From Torpedo marmorata (Eukaryota), in contig OZ360237.1 of the NCBI GenBank assembly GCA_977017645.1, positions 19,158,001-19,222,000 of the forward strand: a stretch of DNA of 64,000 nucleotides, given 5' to 3'. The notes beneath the pieces are model-generated. The model saw only the letters and a list, made by a program, of their open reading frames with translations, did no database searches and was not told where the DNA came from. Below are positions 13,081 to 26,288 of the stretch, piece by piece; positions within the stretch are counted from its first letter, which is position 1, and every line of letters begins with the position of its first letter. Position numbers and translations under genes: made by a program.

Positions 13081-13310
13081 AAAGGTTCCATTATTATCAC
13101 GTAATACTACATTTAGAATGTAACATACATGAAATTCTTTAATTTTTGTCTACCGTAAGGCAGACAGAGGGTCGCTATTTTGTCCAGCGCCCCTCACAGA
13201 AACCTACAGCACCCGGTGTTCCTTGGCAGTCTCCCCTCCAAGTACTGACCAGTCCTTTGCCTGCTTAGCTTCCGAGATCAGACAATCCCAGTCGTATTTA
13301 GGCTATTGGT
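13081..13310 (-). mobile_element. 5S rRNA-derived SINE (SINE3-type) with LINE-like tail
   Basis: 13201-13310 resembles reverse-complemented 5S rRNA (CCTACAGCACCCGGT.TTCC..GGC.GTCTCCC.TCCAAGTACT.ACCAG…CTGCTTAGCTTCCGAGATCAGAC). A ~120-bp non-5S tail follows on -. Confidence 0.85.
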
Positions 13311-13844
13311 GCTGTGTGCCAAAAATCAGGCACATGCCTCTCAGCTCCATTCTATTTTTTCCCCCTCCCACTTGTATCTACCTATCACCTGTTACCTATC
13401 ACCAGTTAGGGGATGGTTCTCCTCCCTATCCCCTAACTGCCCCCCTACCCACCTTCTTATTCGGGCATCTGACTCATTGTCCTTTTTAAATCTAGTAATC
13501 TTTTTCATTTGTATTTTGCATTTGACTTTTCTCTTTTCCTTTTGTTTTGGTCTCTGCATTGCTTCCCTCTGTATTTCTGCATGAATTTCTGTTTCCCCTA
13601 CCATTCTAATTTAAATGCTCCCCAACAGTACGAGCAAACAATTCCCCAAAGACATTGATCCCTGTCCTGCCTAGGTATAGACTGTCTGGTTTGTATTGGT
13701 CCCACCTCCGCCAGAACCAGTTCCAGTGCCCCAGGAATCTGAAACCCTCCCTGCTGCACCATTGCTCAATTCTGAGATTATTACCTTTTGAGGTCCTACT
13801 TTTTAATTTATTTCCAAGTTCCTTAAATTTGGCTTTCCAATTTC

Positions 13845-14390
13845 AGAGGTTTATTAAACTGTTGCTGGGAATGTGTGTGTTGCTTTATGAGGAGAGGTTG
13901 GACAAGACAGGCTTGTATCCATTGGAATTTACAAGAATAGGAGACTTGATCGAAAGCTGTAAGATTTGGAGGGTCATATTTGGGTCAATGTGGAGAAAAC
14001 ATTTTCTCTTGTGGGAGAATCTAGAACTAGGGATTACTTTTCTTTAAAAAGAAGGGAGTGCCTATTTAATTTAGATGTAATTTAATTTGGAGATACAGCA
14101 TGGTAGCAGGTCCTTCCAGTCCCCGAGCCACACCACCCAAGTACGCCCATGTGACTAATTAACCAACTAACCCCGTACATCTTTGGAATTTGGCACTCAG
14201 AGCAAATGCATGCAGTCATGGGGAGAACGTACAAACTCCTTGTAGACAGCAGTGACTTTGAACCTGGGTCACTGGCCATGTAATGCTAAACTATTTCTCT
14301 CAGAAGATTGTAAGTATTTGGAACTCTCATCCTCAAAGATTGCGGAAGTAGAATTTTTTTAATGGTAGAGGTCAATAGAAATCCATACCA
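13845..14390 (+). mobile_element. Old CR1 3' fragment interrupted by a diverged V-SINE (~14083-14290, -)
   Basis: YEERLDKTGLYPLEFTRIGDLIE motif, with SINE remnants inside. Confidence 0.65.
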
Positions 14391-15129
14391 TCTTCCTTCC
14401 TGTGAAGCTCTCTTTAACTACTCTGAGTGTTATCCATTTCTCTAATGTTTCTGTGAAATTGTATTTTTATTGCAGCCTCTTATGGATGTAGCATCCATGT
14501 TCAGACATCTATAGTCTCCCTTTAGGTCCTGAAATATTTCTCACTAGTTATTTCCTATTGGTTTCTGGTTTATGTATTTTGCAGTTATTGTGTTTGCATC
14601 AGTAAGAGCATCGAGTAACTCCTCTTACTTGCTTTGCAGTCTTTCAGAGCAGCAGGAAACCTCCTTGTAAACATTACGCAGAAAACAAGCACATCCAACC
14701 ATGCTTCATGAGTAGCTAATTGGCATCACTAGGCGAGGCTAATAATCCAGGGGTTTCCTATACTGATGTATAACCTGAACCTGACTTACCTGAGAACAAT
14801 TAGCATCATCAGGAATTATCTGTTGCAGCTATCGATTTTCCTTTGAAGATCTCAACTATCAGTTTAATTTAGTTTAATACCTGTGCATTAGCAAAATATA
14901 CCTTTATTTCTGCATGATAATTGCACAACTGTTCATTACCTGATTAAAATACACTATGTAGAGTACACTAAATAATTGTGTATCTGTTGCAATGATGCTT
15001 GCTATTGTTTTCATCATTTTCCAGTTGACTGTAAGAATGTTCCTTGAAAATTGCAGCAAGCACATCAAAATCAATTTTAATAAATATCACTTGAACTTGA
15101 CTTTTCACAGCACTACCATGTTCTCAGCA

Positions 15130-17510
15130 TATCCTAACATAAACAGTACAGTTGTGAACTGGTGAGTCTCTTTATCGGCTTTCCCTCAGTATGAAGGATG
15201 GCTTGTTTCAACTCTGACTCTGAGCGTACTGAGCTGACAGATGAGACTAAATGGGAACCACAGATTCTTCCACAGATGGAGCAAAAGGTGCCTGATGGGG
15301 TAGTGAGCGGGTAGTTTATGAGGTGGTACATTCCATCTACCAGACACACAATAGGTTCTCAATACCATTCTGAATCCCCCTCGCCTTTAAGACTTGCCAT
15401 GGGGAGATCTTCAAAGTGTTCCACCTAACTAGCATTAACTGCCCCTCTGTCCGTTCACCTTTGTGGGGCGAGGTCTCAGATGTTTGGGCTTTAGGTAAAG
15501 TTGACAGAGGGGAAATATCTGCACATGTCTTGGCAGCCGAGCTGTGGCCAGGAACGTGGTCAGAAGTGCCCTGAGAGGGAAGAGGTGAAACGTGAAGGGG
15601 GAGTTGTAAAGGATGCAAGGATACATTCTGTGTGGACAGGTTGGCTGAGTTCGAAGAGCTGGTGAACAGTTTGAGGGGATACCAAGCTGAAGAAGTTCAG
15701 GAACAGGGATTGTTGGAATACTGGGGGCGTGTGGATCAAGGAGGGGATGGCTAAGGGCTAGATATAAGGAGATGGCAGTGGGCAAGAACACCTGGGCTGA
15801 AGCCCACTTGTTTTTGTCTGTTTGTATGAGTGAGGGCAAGTGAGTGCCAAAGTATTGAGTGGTACCTAGGTATGTGTCCATCAAAGTGTTGGGATTAATG
15901 TACACACAGCATACCCTGGTCTCCAGTCATCTTGGTCTCTGTAGCGACTTCGATCCAATAAATAGTCACTTGGAGGTTAGCTGAGACACTTGTTCGTGAC
16001 GCGTTTCAATTAATTTACAACAAGTCCAATATGTTCAAAATGTTTATTAACACACGATGACTTGTAGCAATCTTCAATAGCTACTTCTTTAATGAAATAT
16101 GAACGATCCGCGATAACGATCCTTGATAACGTTCCTTAATAATGGTCTTTAATAACGTGGCTTAATAACGTTCTTAATAACGATTCTTAATAACGGTCAA
16201 TGAAAACTATGATGATCTCACTCACCCTCCTCTACGTCGCCATGTTTTTTAATACTTCTTTATAGATTCATGCGCATGCACTCCCGCGCATGCTCCAGCC
16301 AACTACCCTCCGCGCATGCTTCAGCCGGCACTCCAATTCACTTATTCACTGCGCATGTGCCCGGTGGCACTCGCGCACGCGCAGAGCAGCCAACAGGCCT
16401 AGCACAGCCCACTAACTCTACGGCGCCACCGACGCCCGCGGGATCATCGGAAGCCGCCATAGAGGTAAGTAACGATCCTATTTTGGCTTCTACAGTCTCC
16501 CTTGCCTCAGTCTGCCAAATCCATGTGGTATTTGGTATATGATGGCTACCCCATATTAAATAAACCATGCATGGACAACTTCCACTCCACCATATGAAGT
16601 GTGGGACAAGGAATGTCAGGAGCTTAATGGACTATTTAAACAGGACTAGACCCAAATGCCACTCTGCTACCACAGCGCAGGACTCAGGCATTTTGATGTT
16701 GACACTGATGCCATGAATGAGACATGACTGTTAAAAGACAACCAACTCAAAGAAGAAGACAGCTTCTTCAATGCTGGCAAATTGGAAGAAAAATAATGTT
16801 TTCGAGGAGTGAGCTTTGCTGTTAAAAATGAGTCTGTCTGATAACTTGGCAAATCCTTCTATGGAACGAGTGAATGCTTTGTGACCCACTGTTTTTTTTT
16901 CAACATGGAGCTGAGGTGCTACAATTATCAGTGCAAATACCCCAACGTGTAAGCTTTGCTTGTGGCCAAAATGACCTTCTCAAAACTTGAGAAAACCCTG
17001 GTCTTCATCCTTTTTGGGTGACAAAGTTTCCAGGATGGGACAAGTCACTGGCAAGGCATGATGCATAAGTGATGCTGACTCCAAGAGACTCCTTCCCCTG
17101 ATGACTTGTTGGAGCTTGGTCTGTTACTAACTAACACCCTGTCTTATCTGCGAGTTAAGCACTAGGCCTCAAGGCAACAGAGGCAGATATTAGATTTTAT
17201 TGTTGTCTGAATAAGGGGCTGCAAAGATGTTTGAATAACTATCATGATAATTGATGATGATAACTGATCACTGCCTAATATTCTCTGATCATCAACCTGG
17301 CCCTAATCATCAATGTCAACAAAACATATTAGAATAAATAACTCTGTTGAAGTTCTCAAGAACCCCATAACGGTAACTCTTCTCAGATAGTGCCTCACAG
17401 ACACCTTTCAGCTTGCAGCCTTTTGGAGCTGCAGTTTCCATAACACGATCTGCTCTGAATTCCACCATGAAAAGACTTTTAGCTTCTCCACCAAGAAGAA
17501 CCAAGCCTGG
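15130..17510. mobile_element. Highly decayed RTE-like LINE remnants (3' part on -, endonuclease-like part on +)
   Basis: Minus-strand FCSICGRICGSH resembles the RTE C-terminal Cys motif; a plus-strand NVRSLMD-like APE start lies near 16610. Heavily mutated. Confidence 0.5.
15940..16494 (-). mobile_element. Solo LTR of a BEL/Pao family related to the 44128-50143 element
   Basis: TGTAG…CTACA termini and 5-bp TSD GTCTC on both sides. The first ~130 bp align with the BEL LTR (GACTTCGATCCA..AATAGTCAC.TGGAGG.TA…AAGTCCAATATGTTCAAAA). Confidence 0.88.
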
Positions 17511-17527
17511 TTTTTAAAATTTTTTAA

Positions 17528-17760
17528 TTTAGACATACAGCACGGTAACAGGTCATTTCGGCCCACGAGTCCATGCCGCCCAATTTACACCACTTTAACC
17601 TACACCCCCAGTACGTTTTGAAGGGTGGGAGGAAATCGGAGCCCCCGGAGAAAACCCACGCTGACACGGGGAGAACGTACAAACTCCTTACAGACAGCGC
17701 GAGATTCGAACCCCGGTCCGGTCCCGATCGCTGGCGCTGTAAAGGCGTTGCGCTAACCGG
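17528..17760 (-). mobile_element. V-SINE (HE1-like)
   Basis: Same family as 5999-6248. Confidence 0.88.
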
Positions 17761-18839
17761 AGCTAATTCACTGCTAGTTCAAGGCATTCCGGGATCAGAA
17801 ACTCCCCCATCCCTGAAGGAAAAGGAACATGCTCTACAAGCAACCGAAGACCACATGAACCAGTTTGCTTAAATACAAGTGATCACAATAGGTAATTTGT
17901 CCACAGTGTTAATAAGCAAGTAACGGCTTCCCATACTTTTATCAGTTTGTGGTGGAGTTGGATGAGCAAATATATTTGTTCACAATAGCTCTTTTCCCTT
18001 CCTCAAGATGTACCTACTTAACTTGACTGACGAATGGACTATTCCATTATTCATTTGAAAGATGGCAGTGTTGCCAATGCAGCATTCTCTCAGTACCACA
18101 CTTAACTGGCAGCCCACGTTATGTGCTCATGTCCTGAAATGGAGTTTTAACCACATTCTTCTGACTCAGAGGCAAATTCTATCACTGACACAAGCTGTTA
18201 CTGTCAGTGGTGAATAATGTGCTTGTAACAAAATTGCTTCCACTTATCAGGAATTCATAGCATTACATGAATTATTTATTATCACTCTCCATTTACTTTA
18301 GAATATATGCCAAGCCATCAACAGAAGAGGAAAATGAATCACTGTGTCTCAGACATTTCCTACTGTTTATTTCTTCCTTGTCTATAGATATTGACAGATT
18401 ATAGATAATCTTAGAGCTGAAAAACAGAAATTGGGTTTACCCACAAAAACAAGTGCTGCAGATTAAATCAGTACTTTAGTAGTGATGGAAAAGGTCAAGG
18501 ACAAATCAAATGTGAAAATAGTCAAGTGGAGAAAGTTTTTTTTAAAAATTAATTCAGTGAGTTAAAAAGGGAGCTGGCCCTGGCAAATAAGAATCAAAGA
18601 TGGGTGGTAAAACAGATTGAGTCTATCCATGAGTAGGAAATGAACAGCGTTGAAAGCTTGGTCACCCTGGATGATGAGAGATATCAAAAATAAAATGGCA
18701 CATTCAGTGGAAACTTATGATGAATTTTAGATTCATGACTGAGTGGAAGATCAAGCTGAATTATAGTGAAAGGAATCAAGGGGAACAAAGAGTACTTTTA
18801 AGCACAGGTCAACAGGTAACAGTAACGGCAACAAAATTA

Positions 18840-19034
18840 TGCGTTATATAGCAAAGATAAAGATACATAACCAACGTTTCAGACTTGAGCCCTTCATCAA
18901 GGAAGGGCCCAAGCCGAAACTTCGGTTATGTATCTTCATCTTTGCTATACAAAGTACACTGTTTGACCTGCTGAGTTTCTCCAGCATTGTGTTTTTACTT
19001 CAACCACAGTGTCTGCAGACTTTAGTGTTTTACT
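18840..19034. mobile_element. Short inverted Penelope pLTR pair with hammerhead remnants
   Basis: TATAGCAAAGAT.AAGATACATAACC… and …GGTTATGTATCTT.ATCTTTGCTATA arms abut at ~18901. Same family as 5050-5706. Confidence 0.75.
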
Positions 19035-21202
19035 TCTTACGGCAAAATTATGGTTCATATTTTCATCACAATTTCCACCCTTGCAAATGGGGACAAGGAT
19101 TCAGTTACTGACATCCTCATCAGTTTTTCAGTTCAATGGCTTGGTGCCACAAGACAGGAAAGTTTCAAGTGTTTTAGCCAAGGTTTAAGAGGGAGAGAGA
19201 AGCCAAGCAATTACCTGTCAACAGCCTATCATTACTGGTGTAGAAACTGAGAGATGTTGCGATAGAAATTCAATTTACGCAGTGTATGTTATTTTGAGGA
19301 CCACAGAGGTCCCTATTTGTGTGGAATGTGTAATGAGTGCATTGCAATTGATGTATTGTGGCATTCCTACCATGATTGAAGCACTAGAGGCATGTGCAAA
19401 GTGTTAGATGTATCTTTGAGAGTTGGAGTAGTGATGGTTGCAAAAGTGTAGTTGCTGTTTTCATTGACCTTGACAACACATTGAGCGTTTTAACCATCAT
19501 TCTGCACTGGGACCTTTTTGTCCCCGTGACACCATTCTTTCCATTGACTTCACTGGCCACCTCCTCCTACTGCCACTTCATGTCAGTCCTGGATTGCTTC
19601 ATGGGTCTCCAAACGTTCAGGGCCTCTATTTTGGCACCCCCCCCTCATTTTACCATAATGCTCAGCTCACTAGAGTGCTGTTAAGAATCAGTGTCCCCTG
19701 ACATTCTTCTCCTTGATGCTTCCCAAGGTGCACACTGAGTTCCAGCAGTGATTTGAGGCAGCAGGCACCTCTCCTTTCAGAGATTTCAAACAATTACAAT
19801 TCTTTTCATCTGGTACAAGACTCCTGAAGTCACTGTCCATTATTATGCATAAATATGAAAAGCAACCAATGCCATTCTTTAGATGTACAAATCATTGCAC
19901 CAGGTGTGTTCTTGGCACCAGAGCAAACTGCCTCAGGTCCCTCAGTAAGACCATTTTATTGCCTGATTTCCAATGCAAACAGATTTTTGGGACAAGATCC
20001 ATCCAGAATTAATTGGCACTCAAAAAAGCATGAATTTACAAAATAAATAGCAGTCTGTATGGATTTGTTAAAACCAAAACATGTTTGATTAACCTGATGG
20101 GAAAAAAAGAAAAAAAAAAGCAGAATGGTTGAATGAAATGCAGTGGAGGAATTTACAAAAGGATTGGTAAAAATTATTAAGAAAGTTAAAAATGGCATTA
20201 ATTGTGTGGGTACTGCATTGGTTAAGGCATAGAAAGAAGAATGACGATTTTTCTGACCATAGAGAAATATACATTGGCATTCTCCAGAGATCAGTAATAG
20301 GACTCTGCTATAATTGATTTATATTTATGAATAAAAGCTGATAAATGAGACAGCGTTCAGAAATCTTGTAAACAATGAAAACCGCCTATAAACAGAACAT
20401 TATCAGATGCAATGGGCAGACACCTGGCGGATAAAATTTAATGCTGAGAGAATATAACATAACACAATTTCATTGAAAGAATAAATAGAATGGTGCATTA
20501 TTTTTATGGGTCATTTGAGGGGTATTAGAAAAGTCATGTGATAAATTATGTGGTAGCATTCTTTGGTTAAGCTTCATCAAGAGTACTATGGTCAATTCCA
20601 GATACCATGGAACATAGAACATTACAGCACAGTACAGACCCTTCGGCCCTTGATGTTGTGCCGACCTATATATACCTACCAAACACAATACTAAACCCTT
20701 CCTACCTCATAACCCTCTATTTTTCTTTCATCCATGTGCCTAAGCGTCTCTTAAATGCCCCTCATGTTTCCGCCTCCACTACCACCAAGGCATTCCAGGT
20801 ACCAACGCTCTGTGTAAAAAAAATTTACCTCTGATGTCTCCCCCAAACTTTCCTCCCTTCATGCTTTACAAAGCTTTACCATGCTTTACAAAATGTGTCA
20901 ATAGTTTAGAGACGGTACAAGGGAAATGTACTAAAGATTAATGTTAAAGAAAAAGGGGATTTTCACCTTGGAGCAGAGAAAAGTTGATTTAATTGAGGCA
21001 TTCTGAATCTTGAGGTATGTTGGTAAATAACGAGAAACTAACAAGTGAATCAATAACCAGTATGGTGAGGTTGAAGGTCATTGGCAAAAGGACCATAAGA
21101 AAATAATTTCCCAAGCAGCAATTTGTGAAAATGAAAGAAGTGGTGGAGAATAATATGAATGATACCTGCTGGTTGCCCAAAGAGATAGGGTGAACATAAT
21201 AG

Positions 21203-21306
21203 TAAAAAACACACCGAAATGCTGGATGAACTGAGCCCGTCTTTCAGCGTCCATAGAAGACAAAGATATATTGCCAACGTTTTGGGCCTGAGCCCTTCAT
21301 CAAGGA
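21203..21306 (-). mobile_element. Penelope pLTR fragment with degenerate hammerhead core
   Basis: On -: CCTTGATGAAGGGCTCAGGCCCAAAACGTTGG. Confidence 0.65.
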
Positions 21307-21710
21307 ATAAGGAATTCAAGGAACATAATAGGGCATTCTGTGCAATATCACTATGACATGAGTGTTATTATTTCATAAAGTAATAATCTGATTTCTGTAT
21401 TGATATTTACTGCCTATTGGATGTTGCAGCTATGTTCTGTTGTTCCTTCAATTATACTGTATTAATATTTTTTCATTGACAAAAAGTTGATGTTACTGTA
21501 CAGTATCGTGCAGTGCCATAATTATGAAGCTGACTCAGACATCTGACATTATTAGATGCAGTATTTGTCTTGGAGTAATGAAACTCATTGGTTCAAACTC
21601 CCAGTCCTGGCTCAACCAGGATTTTTGAAATGGAAAAAGGCACTTTTGGATTTTTTAAAAATATAAGATTTAAAACATCAGGATCTTGGTGTATCACCCA
21701 GCAAAATAGA

Positions 21711-22139
21711 ATACGCGTGTAATAGTCGATCCCATGCAATAGTCAACCATGCCTTTTTTGGCCAAAAAAATCGCGTTTTCCACATGACCTGTGTAAAAGC
21801 CGACCCTGTTATTATTGGCCCCGACATCTGAGCTCCCGATGCCCTAAATGTGAACCCTCGCTTCGGCCGCCAGCCCATCCGAGCTCCTGACGCCTTGGCC
21901 GCCCGTCCATCCGAGCTCCCGACACCACGACCACGGACCCTCGCCCTGGCCGCCCGCCCACCATAGCTCCAGACTCCCCGCCCACAGACTCTCTGCTAGG
22001 TTCCGGCCGCCCGGCCATCCGAGCTCCCAACGCCTTGAACGAAGCAGGTACTTAGCACGGTCAAAAGTATGACCCCCCCCCAAATTTGACCCGTAAAATT
22101 GGTCCAAAAAACTTGACTATTACATGAGTATATACGGTA
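21711..22139. mobile_element. Non-autonomous pogo-type DNA transposon remnant
   Basis: Right end reads TACCGTATATACTCATGTAATAGTCAAG on -; partial left end ATACGCGTGTAATAGTCGA; internal GC-rich repeats (GCCGCCCG.CCATCCGAGCTCC). Confidence 0.6.
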
Positions 22140-22696
22140 AGTGGTTTTGCTTTTCCCATTCTGGACTTCTTCGGGCCGAGAATCACCCCAACTAGGCACC
22201 TACAAACTCAAAGCTGAGCTCTCCAAATACTTGCTTGCTTAGAGCTAAAGATGTGGAATGAAGAGTAATTGAGACTATGGAACATGTATTTCCAGTTGGT
22301 GTTCTAATCAAGAAGTGATTTCCCCATAATAAAGCTCGTGATTCCTCCATGTGCATTTTCATTTAAAAAAAAAAAATTTTATTTAAAATTTTTAAATCAC
22401 ACAGTACATAGTTTAAAATGCAAATTTATCAGATTACATGTGATACATTTTCACCCCCCCTCCCTCCCTCCCTCCCCTCCCTAACCCTCCCGAAAAGAAA
22501 GAAAGAAGAAGAAAAAGATAAAGTAAGGAGAATGTCACTCTAAAAAAGAACAACTATAAACTAATTTTATTGTGGAACACAGGTTCGCCAATCAGATCCG
22601 ATATCCGGAGATCTTCAAATCCTTAAACCATCAGTTTTTATATATGGGCTCCATACTTTCAAAAAGAAATAATATTTACCACGTAAATTATAAGTA

Positions 22697-24564
22697 CCGT
22701 ATATTTCGGCGTATAAGTCGACCGGCAGATAAGTCGACCCCCTTTTTCAGCCTCATTTTAATGGTTTTATGGTATATCCGGCGTATAAGTCGATCCCCAA
22801 AAATCGCGATGCCTGAGATGTTGCGCATTGACCGGCGTATAAGTCGACCCTCAAAAAACGCGATGATTGAGCTGCTGGGCGTTGACCGGCGTATAGGTCG
22901 ACCAACAATGATCGCGCTGATTGAGCTGCTGGGCGTTGGCTGGAGGTGATTGTTATCATGGAGGGTCAATTGAAACGACGAAAGTATGAGGCGAGTTTTA
23001 AATTGAAAGTTATAGAAATGGCCAAGAAAACCAACAACTGTGCTGCTGCAAGAAAATTTGATATATACGAGAAGTTGGTAAGAGATTGGAGGAAGAAAGA
23101 AGATACTTTAAGAAAAATACCAAAAAGGCAATGTTCAATGAGAAGAGGAATCACTCGTTGGCCAGAGTTGGAAAATCACGTCGCAACATGGGTATGTGAA
23201 CAGAGGCAAGATTGCTACATAGTCACCCAAAATAAAATAAGAACATTTCCACTGAAGTGGGCAAAGTCGCACCCAGAACTCAGTAATGATTTTGAAGCTA
23301 CAGTAGGCTGGTGCAACCGTTTCATGAACAGGAAAAATCTGGTATTACGACAAAAAACTAAAATTGCTCAGAAACTACCAAAAGATCTTGATCATAAAGT
23401 TGTAAGTTTTCACCAGTTTATTTTACGTAACCGGCAGAAACACAAGTTTGCATTGGCAAATATTGGAAACATGGACGAAACCCCCATGAATTTTGACATG
23501 ATAGGCAATAGAACAGTGGAATGGAAAGGTGTGAAAACTGTGCAAACGAGGAGTACAGGACATGAAAGGACCAGGTTTACCGTGGTGTTATCGTGCATGG
23601 CCGACGGGACAAAGTTAAGACCCATGGTAATCTTCAAACGCAAACTTAAACCTAAAATAAATTTCCCAGCAGGTATTTTTGTACATTTTCATGAAAAAGG
23701 ATGGTTGGATGAAAATGGTGTAAAACTATGGATAGACAATGTGTGGAACAGGCGGCCAGGCGGTTTATGCAAGGAACGGAGTTTGCTGGTCTGGGATATG
23801 TTTCGTAGCTACTTAACTGAGAAGACTAAAAGTAGATTAGCACAACATAATACTTACATGGCGGTTATCCCGGGTGGTTTGACGTCTATATTGCAACCTC
23901 TTGATGTCTGCTTGAACAAGCCATTCAAAGACCATGTGCGTGAAGAGTGGAATACATGGATGTCGAGTGCAGAAAAATCCTTTACAAAAGGCGGGGCAAT
24001 GCGTGCTGCATCGCTTGATGTGCTGTGTGACTTCATGCTCAAGGCATGGGACAAAGTGAAAGTAGAGACTATAATAAAATCGTTTAAAAAGTGTGGTATC
24101 TCTTGTGCAATTGATGGCACGGAAGATGATTTACTGTGGGACACTGACGACGAAGCTGAAGACGCCTCATCAGATACAGACTGGGACCCGTACGATGACT
24201 GTTTAAACAGTGAGACCCCAGATGTGCTTGCCGAGATCTTTGCCTCAGACGATGATAGCGAAAGTGATTTTGAAGGGTTCTAAATGTCTTGTTGTTTTCA
24301 ATAAAAATGTCAATGAAAATTTGTTGCAGTCGGGTTTTTTTTTTGGTTTTTCAAGGGTCGACTTATACGCCGAATCGTGTTTTCAGGGGTCGACTTATAC
24401 GCCGAATCGTGTTTTCTGGGGTCGACTTATACGCCGAATCGGCGTGAACTCGATTTTGAGCTGATTTTAAGGTCTCAAAAGTATATCCGGCGTATAAGTC
24501 GACCCCCGTTTTTTGAGACATTTTTGAGGGTTTCAAGGGTCGACTTATACGCCGAAATATATGG
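22697..24564 (+). mobile_element. Full-length pogo-superfamily (Passer/POGK-like, DD35D) DNA transposon
   Basis: 27-bp TIRs CCGTATATTTCGGCGTATAAGTCGACC (1 mismatch), TA TSD at 22695-22696 and 24565-24566, intact transposase ORF. Confidence 0.95.
22958..24283 (+). CDS. pogo transposase (Brinker-type DBD, CENP-B HTH, DDE_1 with DD35D, acidic tail), 441 aa
   Basis: RRKYEASFKLKVIE; ATVGWCNRFMNR; NMDETPM…LVWD-35 aa-D(VCLNKPFK); no stops or frameshifts. Confidence 0.93.
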   Translation: MEGQLKRRKYEASFKLKVIEMAKKTNNCAAARKFDIYEKLVRDWRKKEDTLRKIPKRQCSMRRGITRWPELENHVATWVCEQRQDCYIVTQNKIRTFPLKWAKSHPELSNDFEATVGWCNRFMNRKNLVLRQKTKIAQKLPKDLDHKVVSFHQFILRNRQKHKFALANIGNMDETPMNFDMIGNRTVEWKGVKTVQTRSTGHERTRFTVVLSCMADGTKLRPMVIFKRKLKPKINFPAGIFVHFHEKGWLDENGVKLWIDNVWNRRPGGLCKERSLLVWDMFRSYLTEKTKSRLAQHNTYMAVIPGGLTSILQPLDVCLNKPFKDHVREEWNTWMSSAEKSFTKGGAMRAASLDVLCDFMLKAWDKVKVETIIKSFKKCGISCAIDGTEDDLLWDTDDEAEDASSDTDWDPYDDCLNSETPDVLAEIFASDDDSESDFEGF

Positions 24565-26146
24565 TAATTTTTTCGAGTGGTATACATGAACGCAATTCTG
24601 CATGCCATCTTTCCAACCCTAAATCTACATCCGACTTCCATGTAATGGCAATACATTTCTTAGAAACGGCTAAAGCAATACGTAAAAATTCTGTCTGATA
24701 CATATCTACTTTCATTTTAACACTGGTTCCTTCAATATCTCCAAACAAAAATATCATAGGATCCATTCTTAAAGCTCCAGTCTACCTCCTAGAATTATTG
24801 TGTAATTGTTTTGGAAGCAAAAAAAAATCGTATCGATGTGTTTGCATTGTCTGAGATGCAACTGAATCAAATTGTCTGGTGGAATTGTTGGGGGAAGAAT
24901 GGTCGTGAAGGACCTGAGGCTGGCTGATGCTGACGGAAGGAGAAAGGGATGTTCATTGTTGTCAGATTTCTAGACTCCTGAAGAGATACTTATCCATTTT
25001 CCTGACAATGGCAGCGGAACTTGCAGTTTAACTTGCTCCATGTATGCTTCTATAGAAGTTATGTAAGTGAGGAGGGGAAAGGTGACAAGGCTAGTCATCC
25101 CATTCTCCTTCTGAATAATACATTGCTTCAGAGAAACATTCATATTTTATTGTTATATATTCTGAATCAAATACACCTATTCATTATAGTAATTTTGAAT
25201 AAATGTGTTTCCAGAAAATAAATTGACACATAATTAGCCTAAAATCCATTATAAAAAACTATTTAACATTTAATGTGGGCAATAATTCATGGGTAAGTGC
25301 TCATGTTATAAAAAGAACTACAGGTATTTTAAAAATAAATATTTTAACATTAATTTAGAGTTGTATACTCATGTGAGATTAAAGTAAAAAAAATTTAGTT
25401 ATTTGTTACAACTGGTCATGAGCATTATTATAATGGCATTGTGACATTATTAAATATGCTGCAATTTAATATGGTTTTAAAGGCACAGGAATTAATTTTC
25501 TACCATTGCAATATGTTCAACTTTGTTATTAAAAATGCCCTGGGCTTTTCAGATGACAAATCATGACTGGTATATTTCAAGTCTTGTTGGTCTCTTTCTG
25601 ATTCTTCTCCACCTTCTCTCGGAACTAAACATCAAAAAAACAAAGATTAATTCATGAGTTTAACATGTGATGTGTGGCCTTGTACATTCAGGCTACAATC
25701 ATGACACCTTGTGCATGAAATACTTGATTACACCTGTACAGTGGAAGAGTGACATCAGTGAAGTGAAATGTGGCGTAATTAATAATGGATGCCTGGTCGT
25801 ACGTACTGGTGAATTGAAGCTGGACAGATTGACAGGGCAGTTTGAAAAATGGGCTGTCATTTGAGGTTTTCTGCCACCTTCCAATTTTCACCTTCCTGGT
25901 GGAGCACAGACAGTTTTCTGTTTCTCATTAGAGTTTCAGCTACTCTTTGGAACCAAGGTTTACACTTCTGGTTCCTTTTTCTACTTTTGCTCCCCAACTC
26001 AGGTCATTGCAAAGAACTCTTTATTACCACCATAATGTTTAATGGGATAGCTGACTAACATCCTGCACCTGCAAGACAAAATAACCTTCTGACAGTTCAG
26101 TGTTTGAACAGCCAGGACGATATTTTTTCAATATTTCAATATTCAA

Positions 26147-26257
26147 GGGCGGCATAGTTAGCGTAGCGGTTAGCGCAACACTGTTACAGTGCCAGTGACC
26201 GGGGTTCGAATCCAGCGCTGTCTGTAAGGAGTTTGTATGTTCCCGCCGTGTCTGCAT

Positions 26258-26288
<31 letters not shown>

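Larger units (their letters stand above)
22376..24767 (-). mobile_element. L1 3' fragment split by the pogo insertion
   Basis: MDPMIFLFGD…CIAITWKS…SCIPLEKIT|YNLR matches the L1 at 31350. The sequence is continuous across the duplicated TA. Confidence 0.85.

Noticed and set aside
13201-13310. 5S rRNA gene
   Set aside because: Diverged 5' portion, no T-run terminator, and fused to a retroposon tail, so it is a SINE head.
22700-22905. Regularly spaced CGGCGTATAAGTCGACC repeats resembling a CRISPR array (also 24355-24555)
   Set aside because: They are subterminal copies of the pogo TIR; the spacers are related to each other and the context is eukaryotic.
26147-26220. tRNA genes at SINE heads
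   Set aside because: Box A/B are followed by the V-domain and CR1 tail in every copy.
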